Virus record (IMG/VR): IMGVR_UViG_3300040801_004188
Length of the DNA: 41,380 nucleotides
Reading direction: 5' to 3' (one strand)
Origin: a virus
The first letter of the stretch is position 1. Every line of letters begins with the position of its first letter. The notes under the pieces are model-generated. The model saw only the letters and a list, made by a program, of their open reading frames with translations. It was not told the origin of the DNA and ran no database searches. Shown in pieces: positions 18,401-26,840 of the stretch. Made by a program: the position numbers and the translations under genes.

Positions 18401-20499
18401 GGAATTTAATTTTAATAATTTTTTTACTCTTTTCGGGTTACGAAGCTTTTGCGCAGACTAAAATTAGTGAACTTCCATCACTTCTGAACTCTGGAGCCGC
18501 CACGGACGACGTTTTGCCCATAGTGGATACGGACGTTGCCACAACGAAAAAAATTGCTCTTGGTCAACTAGACCTTCGTTGGCTTACATCTTCCTTTACT
18601 TCCGCAACTGCCACCACTGGTATCATCTATGACAATGAGGCTTACGCCGAATTTCAAGAGGCCACGGGCAACGGTGATAACTACGTCCGTCTCAAGGCCC
18701 CTGCAACTTTGGCCGGAGACTACACACTCACCCTACCCGCCGACGATGGCGATAACGGAGAGTGTTTACAGACCGATGGGGCGGGCGTTTTATCATGGGA
18801 TGCTTGCGGTGGCGGAGCGGTAGACTCTGTTTTTGGCCGTACAGGTGCGGTTGCGGCAGCCGCTTCGGACTACGACGCTGACCAGATCGACTTTACTCCC
18901 GCCGGAGACGTGGCAGCCACAGAAGTCCAGGCAGCGATTGAGGAAGTTGACTCTGAAAAGTTGAACCTGACGGGTGGCGTTCTCACAGGCGATTTGACGA
19001 TCAATGCTCAAAACGATCTGCGCCTTGCCGACAATGACTCCTCTAACTACGTGGCACTTCAGGCTCCAGCCACCATTGGGACCAATTACACTTTGACCTT
19101 TCCCGTTGATGATGGAGCCAATGGTCAGTGTCTGGCTGGTAACGGTGCGGGCACATTACTTTGGCAAAACTGCGTACAATCTGACGCCGTAGATTCGGTT
19201 TTCGGTAGAACTGGAACCGTCTCCGCTCAGGCGGGTGACTACACCGCTGACTTGATTATCTATTCTGGGACTCTATCTGCCGGGGATGTTGAGGCGGCTC
19301 TAGATGAACTTGATGCTGATAAAGCTGACCTGGCGGGCGCTACCTTTACAAGCACCGTCAACATCGCCGCTCAAAATGAACTTCGGTTGCAAGACACTGC
19401 AGGCGGCCAATATATGGGTCTGCGAGCGCCTGGAACAGTTACTGCCAGCACTACTCTGACTTTGCCCGATGGCGATGGGGGCAGTGGTGAATGTTTATCT
19501 ACCAACGGCTCAGGAACTCTAAGTTGGGCTACCTGTGGTGGCGGAGGCGGTGGTCTTCCCACAACCGGCGGGACCATGACTGGAGACATCACAATGGACA
19601 ACGAAACGTCCATTCTGTTCTCTGAGGCCGATGTCAATGGATCAAACTACGCAGAATTAAAGGCCCCAGCGGCTTTGGGCGGTAACTATACCCTGACTCT
19701 CCCTCCAGATGATGGTGACTCAGGTGAATGTTTGTCGACCGATGGAAGTGGTACTCTCGACTGGGCCGCTTGCTCCGGTGGTGGTGGCGGTGGATTTACC
19801 GGCGGTGATTTTTTCGACGAGGCATCTACAAAAACTGCCAACTATACTGTTTTGGCTACAGACTTTGTTCTTTTGGCCGACGCTGTTGGGGGAGCCTTTG
19901 ATTTTACTTTACCTTCAGCTTCGACTAACGCTGGAGCACGATTTAAGTTCATCAAAATTGATGCAACCTTCAATGATGTGGATATTGGTTCACTGGGCAA
20001 ATTAAATACTCAAGGCGAATCAATGACCATCGTGTCCGATGGGACAAACTGGCAAATTGAAACACGCTATATTCCAAGTGTGTGGACCTCTTACACTTGC
20101 GCTGGGACTTGGGCGGCGTCTGGGACCAATAGTTGCTTTTGGAAGAGGATCGGTGATTCAATTGTGATTAAATACACCTCTGATCTGACCGGCGCTCCGT
20201 CTTCAAACTTTAACTTTGATTTACCAACGGGTCTGACTTTCGACACTGCCAGAATGGGCCAAAGTTTTAACTTCAACGCTCAATGGTTAGGAACCTGGTC
20301 TGGTCTGGTTGGATCTAGTGGGTACATGGGACAGCTTGGGTATTTAGACACGAATACTGTGTTTGGAAAAGTGTGGTCCATATCAGGTAGTAACATTGTT
20401 CAGTTTAACCTGTCTCCAAGTGCTCCTGGATCTTGGGCTAACGGAGATCACATTTGGGCTTTTACAGAACCAATTCCAATTACAAACTGGGATGATTAA
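18397..20499 (+). CDS. Tail fibre protein with a signal-peptide-like N-terminus and four Cys-pair repeat modules
   Basis: 700 aa, ATGA coupled. The N-terminus is MRNLILIIFLLFSGYEAFA|Q. Repeated modules are listed as a separate feature. Poly-Gly hinges are present. Confidence 0.7.
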   Translation: MRNLILIIFLLFSGYEAFAQTKISELPSLLNSGAATDDVLPIVDTDVATTKKIALGQLDLRWLTSSFTSATATTGIIYDNEAYAEFQEATGNGDNYVRLKAPATLAGDYTLTLPADDGDNGECLQTDGAGVLSWDACGGGAVDSVFGRTGAVAAAASDYDADQIDFTPAGDVAATEVQAAIEEVDSEKLNLTGGVLTGDLTINAQNDLRLADNDSSNYVALQAPATIGTNYTLTFPVDDGANGQCLAGNGAGTLLWQNCVQSDAVDSVFGRTGTVSAQAGDYTADLIIYSGTLSAGDVEAALDELDADKADLAGATFTSTVNIAAQNELRLQDTAGGQYMGLRAPGTVTASTTLTLPDGDGGSGECLSTNGSGTLSWATCGGGGGGLPTTGGTMTGDITMDNETSILFSEADVNGSNYAELKAPAALGGNYTLTLPPDDGDSGECLSTDGSGTLDWAACSGGGGGGFTGGDFFDEASTKTANYTVLATDFVLLADAVGGAFDFTLPSASTNAGARFKFIKIDATFNDVDIGSLGKLNTQGESMTIVSDGTNWQIETRYIPSVWTSYTCAGTWAASGTNSCFWKRIGDSIVIKYTSDLTGAPSSNFNFDLPTGLTFDTARMGQSFNFNAQWLGTWSGLVGSSGYMGQLGYLDTNTVFGKVWSISGSNIVQFNLSPSAPGSWANGDHIWAFTEPIPITNWDD
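18679..19773 (+). repeat. Four diverged protein-level repeat modules inside the fibre gene
   Basis: Consensus NY-x-L-x-AP-x5-YTLTLP-x-DDG-x2-GECL-x-TDG-x-G-x-L-x-W-x2-C at aa about 95-137, 217-259, 338-380 and 417-459. DSVFGRTG spacers occur between the first three. Confidence 0.8.
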
Positions 20500-20510
20500 A
20501 GGAGAAAAAA

Positions 20511-21974
20511 ATGGCTAAAATTTCACGAGCTTTACAGAAAATCTTCGGGTCCAGTGGAGCCAGTTCTCAGTTCGGCCAATTTGGTTCTCTCGCTGCCGGG
20601 TCCCCCACTACCACTAAAGACCCTGCGACTATTCAGGCGCTCGCCAACTACCTGACTGGTTGGTATGGGGCGGTAATCGGTAACAATTCTCCGGCCATTG
20701 AGGACCGAAACGCGCTTGATTTTTTAATGACTCGACAATTAGCATATCTTTTTCAACAAGGTATTGCCGAATGGGAAACTAATACTGAATACCATTTAGG
20801 CTCTTTGGTTATGGACGCCTCTGGAAACGTCTACCAGTCCATCACAAATGATAACCAAGGTAATGCTGTCACGGACCTGGCCAATTGGCGTCCTCTGAAT
20901 TTTACTGGCGCTCGCAACTACCTCGTAAATCCAGAAATGGCTTTTATGCAGGATCTCGATGGGCGTACTGGAAACTACAACGCTATTGATGACGGTGATT
21001 TTGCTTTTGACCAGTGGACTCTTCAAACCGACGGCGGCGCTGGTGAAATTCAAAGTATGCACCAGTCATCTGATTTAAGTAATGGAAACTACTCATATTA
21101 TGGAGTTATCCGCAACAACACAGCAGCAACCACGCTTAAAGCCGGATTAATGAATATGTTTTCGCAAAAAGACACAACTCGTTTTATTGGTCGAGAAGTC
21201 GTTTTTAGATGCGCTTTGGATGGAAACATTGCTCATAATATGAAAATTGCAATCGTAGCTTGGAGCCCTGGTTCTTATACTGTGAATGGGTTCGATAGAG
21301 CAGCCGTTAACTCCTGGGGTGCGGGTAACCCAACTCTAAAGGCCGATTGGAGTTATATTGCTGTCAGTGATGTCATTCCAATTTCTACTGGTTCAATTCT
21401 TCCGACTGAATACCAAATTTCTGGAACGATCCCAACAACTGCCAAAAATGTGGGCGTTTTTGTTTGGACAGACGGGACTCTAAATGGAAGTACCCCCGAT
21501 TTTTTTAGAATTTCTAGATGCAGTTGGGAGTTCGGAAAAATCGCTACACCCTATTGGTTAATTACAAAAAGTTTGTCGGAGCAACTTTGGGAGTGCCAAA
21601 ATTTTTACCAAAAAAGTTGGGATAATGATTTGGGGCCAGGAGTTTTTACAACCGCCAGAGGCTCTGAGTATGTAACGGTTTTGTCAAATGGGGCTAGTTC
21701 CTTACTTGATGCCTCAATAAATTTTAAACAACCTTTCCCGGATCAGGGTAAGTTCCCTGTTGCCGATGTTACTTTCTATAGTCAAACGGGAACTGCGGAT
21801 ACTTGGTCACTTATAAATCCTGGGGGCAGTAATGGAACTTGCACAGTCCATCCCCTTCAAACTTCTCAAAAAGGTGTTCACTTGGACCCAACTGCGCCTT
21901 CAGTAACATTGACATCCGGTAACGCTTACCAAATTAACGGTCACTGGATAGCCGACGCTAGGCTTGGGTCGTAA
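20511..21974 (+). CDS. Second tail fibre / receptor-binding protein
   Basis: 487 aa, RBS AGGAGA. EYHLGSLVMDASGNVYQSITNDNQGNAVTDLANWRPL resembles the carbohydrate-binding (CBM5/12-like) motif common in fibres. Confidence 0.6.
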   Translation: MAKISRALQKIFGSSGASSQFGQFGSLAAGSPTTTKDPATIQALANYLTGWYGAVIGNNSPAIEDRNALDFLMTRQLAYLFQQGIAEWETNTEYHLGSLVMDASGNVYQSITNDNQGNAVTDLANWRPLNFTGARNYLVNPEMAFMQDLDGRTGNYNAIDDGDFAFDQWTLQTDGGAGEIQSMHQSSDLSNGNYSYYGVIRNNTAATTLKAGLMNMFSQKDTTRFIGREVVFRCALDGNIAHNMKIAIVAWSPGSYTVNGFDRAAVNSWGAGNPTLKADWSYIAVSDVIPISTGSILPTEYQISGTIPTTAKNVGVFVWTDGTLNGSTPDFFRISRCSWEFGKIATPYWLITKSLSEQLWECQNFYQKSWDNDLGPGVFTTARGSEYVTVLSNGASSLLDASINFKQPFPDQGKFPVADVTFYSQTGTADTWSLINPGGSNGTCTVHPLQTSQKGVHLDPTAPSVTLTSGNAYQINGHWIADARLGS

Positions 21975-22162
21975 TGAAAATTTACAGCTCGAAGAACAGC
22001 ACGGTTGGAAAGATTATTGAGCAGCACGGCCCTGTCCCAATGGACGAGGCCGTTCAGATTTTTATTGATTCCGAGCTTCCCGAAAAATCTTGGATAGTCT
22101 ACTTCCAGCGAGTTTTAGGTAATACTCTAGGGCTTCGTCCAACTCAGAAACCTCGTTTATGA
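21974..22162 (+). CDS. Doubtful 62-aa ORF (possible fibre assembly factor)
   Basis: The TAATG junction with the fibre stop suggests coupling. However, its last 101 nt are antisense to the more protein-like minus-strand gene. Confidence 0.25.
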   Translation: MKIYSSKNSTVGKIIEQHGPVPMDEAVQIFIDSELPEKSWIVYFQRVLGNTLGLRPTQKPRL

Positions 22163-22697
22163 AGATTCCCGTCAGAAAATAGTAATTTTTGGGCTCTGCG
22201 TAGACTTCGGCAAAAGCCCCAATCTTCGCACCCTCGCTAACCATTGATTGTTTATAAAGACCGTCTGAAACCTCTTTGACGGGAACTATTAAGGTTTTGT
22301 GCAAGTACAGATCGCCTATCATCTGATGGTATTGGTCGTCCATCGGCATTCGCTCCCAGTAACGGCCAGGAGCGAGTGTAGAAGTTACTTCGTACATGGC
22401 AGTGATATACATGGGTTGGTCCACTACAGGGACCTTCCCGCCGTTGTGAGCTTTACAGAGAACGACCTTTCCGGCCTTTGAGCTGTACTGGAATTTGTGC
22501 AGTTCAGCGTAAATCAAATTGATGCTATGGTTCGTCCGAATAAGGTGCGGTTCAGTAATGGGTTCCGGGGCCGGTGGTTCACAGACTTGAGTCTTGGACT
22601 CGCGTTTGACCTTCCACCACCACTGTAAAAACACGAAGATTCCGCCAGCCGCAGCCGCCACCATTCCCCAAATTTCTTTTAGATTTTTCATATCCAT
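22062..22697 (-). CDS. Membrane-anchored protein of unknown function (antisense accessory gene)
   Basis: 211 aa with one N-terminal TM (WGMVAAAAGGIFVFLQWWW), a Pro-rich linker, then a ~150-aa globular part. It is the only minus-strand gene in the late region. Confidence 0.65.
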   Translation of the reverse strand: MDMKNLKEIWGMVAAAAGGIFVFLQWWWKVKRESKTQVCEPPAPEPITEPHLIRTNHSINLIYAELHKFQYSSKAGKVVLCKAHNGGKVPVVDQPMYITAMYEVTSTLAPGRYWERMPMDDQYHQMIGDLYLHKTLIVPVKEVSDGLYKQSMVSEGAKIGAFAEVYAEPKNYYFLTGIFINEVSELDEALEYYLKLAGSRLSKIFREARNQ

Positions 22698-22856
22698 TGT
22701 GTAAGACTCTCAACACCCTGTTTAAAAATCAAGATTGTAAGATTGAAACCGAAGTACCGCGAAGTACAAACCAGCCCATAATCCTGTTGCTATCGGCAAT
22801 TTTTTCTGACAATCTTTAGTTTCAGTGATCACAAAAACTACAAAAAAGGAGATCTC

Positions 22857-23186
22857 ATGTTAGATGTAAAAGAAACAAAAGAAGTTTTGGTTGCCGGTGC
22901 CCGAATTGTTAAGGCTGCCTCAAACGCAAGTGCCGATGGCAAGTATGATCTGGCCGACCTGACTTATCTGGTCCCCGTAGCAACCTCTCTACCCTCCGCT
23001 GTTGAAGGCGCTGACAAGGTTTGGGCTGAAGTCCAGGACCTTGACGATGCGGAAATTGATGAGCTTCGCGCTGCCGTGGACGCGGAATTGACCACCGGAG
23101 CCTTCGACAAGCTCGGAAAGCATATTCTTCGCGGAGCGTTGGAATTGGCAGCCGCCGCCTCTGCTTACAAAGCAATGCAAGCCTAA
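22857..23186 (+). CDS. Acidic Ala-rich hypothetical protein (109 aa)
   Basis: Strong RBS AAGGAGA, followed by a strong intrinsic terminator. No TM and no motif recognised. Confidence 0.65.
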   Translation: MLDVKETKEVLVAGARIVKAASNASADGKYDLADLTYLVPVATSLPSAVEGADKVWAEVQDLDDAEIDELRAAVDAELTTGAFDKLGKHILRGALELAAAASAYKAMQA

Positions 23187-23215
23187 ATCCCCATCCTCTC
23201 CCCTGAGGTAACGGT

Positions 23216-23241
23216 AGCGGCTTTCGAGCCGCTTTTTTTTT
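23216..23241 (+). terminator. Rho-independent terminator
   Basis: AGCGGCT-TTCG-AGCCGCT: 7-bp stem with a tetraloop. The closing T starts a run of 9 T. Confidence 0.8.
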
Positions 23242-23252
23242 AAGGAGGTTTT

Positions 23253-24002
23253 ATGCAACAATTTCTGTTTATTCTGTTGATTTTATGTCTGTGGGGATGT
23301 TCGACCGCCGAAATCACCCAGCCTATAATGAAGGAAGACATCAATTACCAGCGTGATGCCCAAATGGAGGTCCTGTGGGCGCGAGATGGTAAATGGGTCG
23401 GTCCTCGGCAAGTCACTGGGATGGGGATTATCCCGATGTCCAGTCACTACCGGGTTAAAGTAATGCCTCCGGGTAAAGCGGACATGATTACCGTCACCAG
23501 TTGCCATCGAGAAATTAAAACTCCCCGACCGGATAAACAAGGAGGCGGTTGGTTTTCAAAAGGTCATTACGAGTTCACCATCCCCATTACCGGGACCGTA
23601 GATCAGAAAGAGCTTTGCAGCTTGGACATAGGAATTTACGAGCGAGAAAAAGGGCGCCATGCTTGGGGTACTTTAGCCGTTGAGGACAATGAGAAGTTCA
23701 AGCTCCACGCCACGGCCAATTGCAACGGCGAAGTTATTCCGTACAAAGGGGTGTCCGTCTGTCAGGCGAAGAAGGGCCTGATCCAAGAGTACATTTTTGA
23801 CCGTCCAGTTTCTTATGCAAAAGTAATCGGGTGTGAGATTCAAAACCTTGCCTCCGAGGAGAAATATGCCAAAACTTGGAGATTCGTCATGCCGGAAGGC
23901 CAGTGTCAGATGTACTTTATTGATGTCAATGATCCAATTCACATGGTGCACCAAGCCTGGTTTTTCGGGTACGATACCATTCCAATAAGGGGGATAGAGT
24001 AA
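23253..24002 (+). CDS. Lipoprotein (249 aa), function unknown
   Basis: Signal peptide with lipobox LWGC (Cys16), RBS AAGGAGG. The mature part contains 8 further Cys. Confidence 0.75.
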   Translation: MQQFLFILLILCLWGCSTAEITQPIMKEDINYQRDAQMEVLWARDGKWVGPRQVTGMGIIPMSSHYRVKVMPPGKADMITVTSCHREIKTPRPDKQGGGWFSKGHYEFTIPITGTVDQKELCSLDIGIYEREKGRHAWGTLAVEDNEKFKLHATANCNGEVIPYKGVSVCQAKKGLIQEYIFDRPVSYAKVIGCEIQNLASEEKYAKTWRFVMPEGQCQMYFIDVNDPIHMVHQAWFFGYDTIPIRGIE

Positions 24003-24250
24003 TGTGGTCAGTTTTAAGCAGCGCTTTTAGTTTATTAGGCCCAATGATTTTCTGGGGCCTGAAGCAATGGATGCGAACCAGAGACAAGAACGAGCAGATG
24101 GAAAAGAGCTACTATGCTTTTTTGACTGCCGTTGACATGAGCGGGCAGGTAAAGGTAGCCAACCATATCTCAGCCGTGCAAGCTCTTAAAGCCGAACAAG
24201 ACCGGTTGATCGCCGAACACGAAAAGGAGAATGGTAATGAAGATTCCTAA
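24002..24250 (+). CDS. Single-pass membrane protein (holin or i-spanin candidate)
   Basis: 82 aa. N-terminal TM VLSSAFSLLGPMIFWGL, then a charged helical tail. It lies directly upstream of the endolysin. Confidence 0.6.
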   Translation: MWSVLSSAFSLLGPMIFWGLKQWMRTRDKNEQMEKSYYAFLTAVDMSGQVKVANHISAVQALKAEQDRLIAEHEKENGNEDS

Positions 24251-25658
24251 AATCAGAGAAAAAGGAGAACACGTTCTAACCCTTCAGCGACGCCTTAATG
24301 ATTTGGGTGCTGAACCTAGACTTACCGAAGATGGTGTCTTCGGGAAAATCACTAAGGCAGCGGTTTCCGCGTTCCAAAAATCTAAAGGCCTTCGTGGGTC
24401 CGGGGTGATTGGTCCAAAAACCATGACTTTTTTGGGATTGGTAACTGATGAAGAGTTAGGAAAAGACGGTGGTCATACCATCTCAAGTGGACGTGATTCC
24501 GATGAAGGCACCCGCGAGTGGTATCGACGGATGTTTCACTTCTGCCAAATTGACCCTGGTTATCACAAAGCTGTGGAACGTGATGCCCAATTGGTTTTGG
24601 CAAACAAGTCTCGCTACGAAAAAGTTGGCGACCATTTCAGACTTCCTTGGTGGTTGATTGGAATTATTCACCTGCTCGAAGGGTCTTGTGACTTTGACCG
24701 AGTCCTGCACAATGGTCAGAAGATCATAGGGACGGGCCGAAAAACATCAATCGTGCCAAAGGGTCGTGGACCTTTTGCCACTTGGGAAGACGCTGCGGTG
24801 GACGCCCTCACTGGCAGGTTCACAAAAATTGATAAGGACGCGGAGATTGGAAACCTCCTGTTCTACGTGGAACGGTACAATGGTACTGGATACATTTCCG
24901 GCGCTGGAATGGCCGAAACCTCGCCGTACCTGTGGGCGCGTACAAACGTCAACGACGACTATGGGAAATATGTCTACGATGGTCGATTCGACCCGTCACA
25001 GAGCGCCCAATTACAAAGCGGATTCTGTGCTGTGCTTAAAACTTTGGAGCAAGGCGGATTAAAGATCACTTACGGCGACTTTGACAAGAGTCCTGTTAAA
25101 CAAAAACCTGCCACCAACATCACTCGCGAGCTAATCGCTGATGAACTTTGCGCTGCGGTGCAGGCCGACGTGGATGCGAAATTAAGGGAGACCGGGGGTA
25201 AGAACCGGGGAAGACGGATTGATGAATTCAACCTTCGCGCTAAATCTTATTTGGGTGCGCCTTACTGTGCTAGTGGGCTTTGGGTTGCCATTGATGATGT
25301 TTGTAAGAAATATGGGCTGTCTAACCCGGTTCCCCCCACGGCCTCCAGTCAAAACTTTCGCCGCCCATCTTTTGTTCCCTCTCGGTATTTGAAAAAATCT
25401 GGCGGAGAGCGTGGTGATTTTGGAGTTCTCCAGAGTCGAAATCGCCCAGGTTTTGGGCATCTTACTCTTTTACGGGCGCCTCAAATGGGTAAGGAGTTTT
25501 TGACTCTTGAGTACAACACCAGCCCGAGAGGTTCCCGTGATGGTGATGGAGCCTATGCCTTAAAAAGAAATACCGTGGATGGATCAGTTTTGAACAACTA
25601 CAAAAACTTTGTCTGCTTCACTGATATTCCTCAGTGGGTCGTGGACCACAATTCCTAA
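24237..25658 (+). CDS. Multidomain endolysin: PG-binding, lysozyme-like (COG5526-like) and CHAP/NlpC-P60-like domains
   Basis: ATG 24237 is 7 nt after AAGGAG. PG_binding_1 pattern: LQRRLNDLGA...DGVFGKITKAAVSAFQ. Middle domain: HLLEGSCDFDRVLHNGQ...VPKGRGPF. C-terminal Cys/His pair: APYCASG ... GFGHLTLL. Confidence 0.8.
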   Translation: MKIPKIREKGEHVLTLQRRLNDLGAEPRLTEDGVFGKITKAAVSAFQKSKGLRGSGVIGPKTMTFLGLVTDEELGKDGGHTISSGRDSDEGTREWYRRMFHFCQIDPGYHKAVERDAQLVLANKSRYEKVGDHFRLPWWLIGIIHLLEGSCDFDRVLHNGQKIIGTGRKTSIVPKGRGPFATWEDAAVDALTGRFTKIDKDAEIGNLLFYVERYNGTGYISGAGMAETSPYLWARTNVNDDYGKYVYDGRFDPSQSAQLQSGFCAVLKTLEQGGLKITYGDFDKSPVKQKPATNITRELIADELCAAVQADVDAKLRETGGKNRGRRIDEFNLRAKSYLGAPYCASGLWVAIDDVCKKYGLSNPVPPTASSQNFRRPSFVPSRYLKKSGGERGDFGVLQSRNRPGFGHLTLLRAPQMGKEFLTLEYNTSPRGSRDGDGAYALKRNTVDGSVLNNYKNFVCFTDIPQWVVDHNS

Positions 25659-25667
25659 GGAGGAAGA

Positions 25668-26819
25668 ATGAAAAAACTAAAAGCAGCGGCTCTTGCGGTT
25701 GCCGCGTCAGTAGGGGCTTTCATCGGATCGCAAGGTGACACTATCTCCGATAGCCTATCAAGTAAAGAGCGTTTTATTGTCATCGGCCAACAGCGTGGAA
25801 TGATCCAAGCCTTTGGTGAAGGGGTCCAGGTAAAGAAGCAGCTTGAGTACGACAATGGATACGTCATCAAAGCCACTAAAGAAAAAGCCGAAGAATTAAA
25901 AGCAAAAGGCCTGAAGGTCTATCAGGACCGCCAATACTCGATTGAAATGGGTGGTAAGCCCTGCGAGTGTGAACCTTGTCCAAAACCGACTCCTGATCCT
26001 GTGCCCGTCCCAGACCAGTTCAGTGATGATGTTCCATGGGGAACTCAACGAATCAAAACCCTCGAAGCCTGGAAGCACTCAAAGGGCGACAACATTATAG
26101 TTTGTGTTGCTGATACCGGTGTGGACGTTCAGCATGAGGATTTGATCGACGCAATTGCCGGAGGCCGGTCTTTTGTCGATGGAAACGCTTCTTACCAAGA
26201 CGACGAGGGCCACGGAACCCATGTGGCTTCCACCATCGCTGCCAGAATCAATCAAAAAGGCATCGTCGGCGTATCTCAAGCAAAAATCTACGCGGTCAAG
26301 GTGCTCAATTCTGCTGGGTCTGGTTGGGGTTCAGACATTGCCGATGGTATTCGTCATTGTGTTCAAGCTGGAGCTTCGGTGATCAACTTGAGTCTTGGAT
26401 CCCCGGCTGCCTATGGTCCAGACCCCTATATCCGTGATGCGGTTTTAGAGGCCGCCCAAGCCGGAGTCATAGTGGTTTCGGCAGCGGGTAACGATAGTGG
26501 TCCGGTTGGGTACCCGGCAGCCATTGAATGCCCGAACTGTTACGCCATTGCCGCTTCAGATTCAAACAACAGAATCGCGTCCTTCAGCAGCAGGGGCCCA
26601 GAAATTGACTTCATAGCTCCAGGGGTCAACATCCGCGGCGCTCGCTTAGGTGGCGGATATGTCAATTTAAATGGGACTTCCATGGCAGCTCCACACGCGG
26701 CAGCGGTTTTCGCGCTGGCCCTTGAGCGTGGGCGCACAAAAATAAAGGCAACTCCAATCGGGTTGCCTCCAGAGCATCAGGGCCAGGGCCTTATTGATGC
26801 TTTAAATTCAGTCAAATAA
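25668..26819 (+). CDS. Secreted subtilisin-family (S8) serine protease with an I9-like propeptide
   Basis: Signal peptide MKKLKAAALAVAASVGAF and a propeptide-like segment. Triad motifs are VADTGVD (D149), HGTHVAS (H182) and GTSMAAPH (S338), with oxyanion AAGND. RBS AAGGAGG. Confidence 0.9.
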   Translation: MKKLKAAALAVAASVGAFIGSQGDTISDSLSSKERFIVIGQQRGMIQAFGEGVQVKKQLEYDNGYVIKATKEKAEELKAKGLKVYQDRQYSIEMGGKPCECEPCPKPTPDPVPVPDQFSDDVPWGTQRIKTLEAWKHSKGDNIIVCVADTGVDVQHEDLIDAIAGGRSFVDGNASYQDDEGHGTHVASTIAARINQKGIVGVSQAKIYAVKVLNSAGSGWGSDIADGIRHCVQAGASVINLSLGSPAAYGPDPYIRDAVLEAAQAGVIVVSAAGNDSGPVGYPAAIECPNCYAIAASDSNNRIASFSSRGPEIDFIAPGVNIRGARLGGGYVNLNGTSMAAPHAAAVFALALERGRTKIKATPIGLPPEHQGQGLIDALNSVK

Positions 26820-26822
26820 CCA

Positions 26823-26840
26823 AGGGGGCTCAGGCCCCCT
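26823..26840. terminator. Hairpin between convergent operons (possible bidirectional terminator)
   Basis: AGGGGGC-tcag-GCCCCCT between the protease stop (26819) and the minus-strand gene end (26830). U-tracts are poor on both sides. Confidence 0.45.

Noticed and set aside
18679-19773. Fibre repeats as a diversity-generating retroelement target (VR/TR pair)
   Set aside because: There is no reverse transcriptase anywhere in the genome. The repeats are diverged at the DNA level at all base types rather than showing adenine-specific differences.
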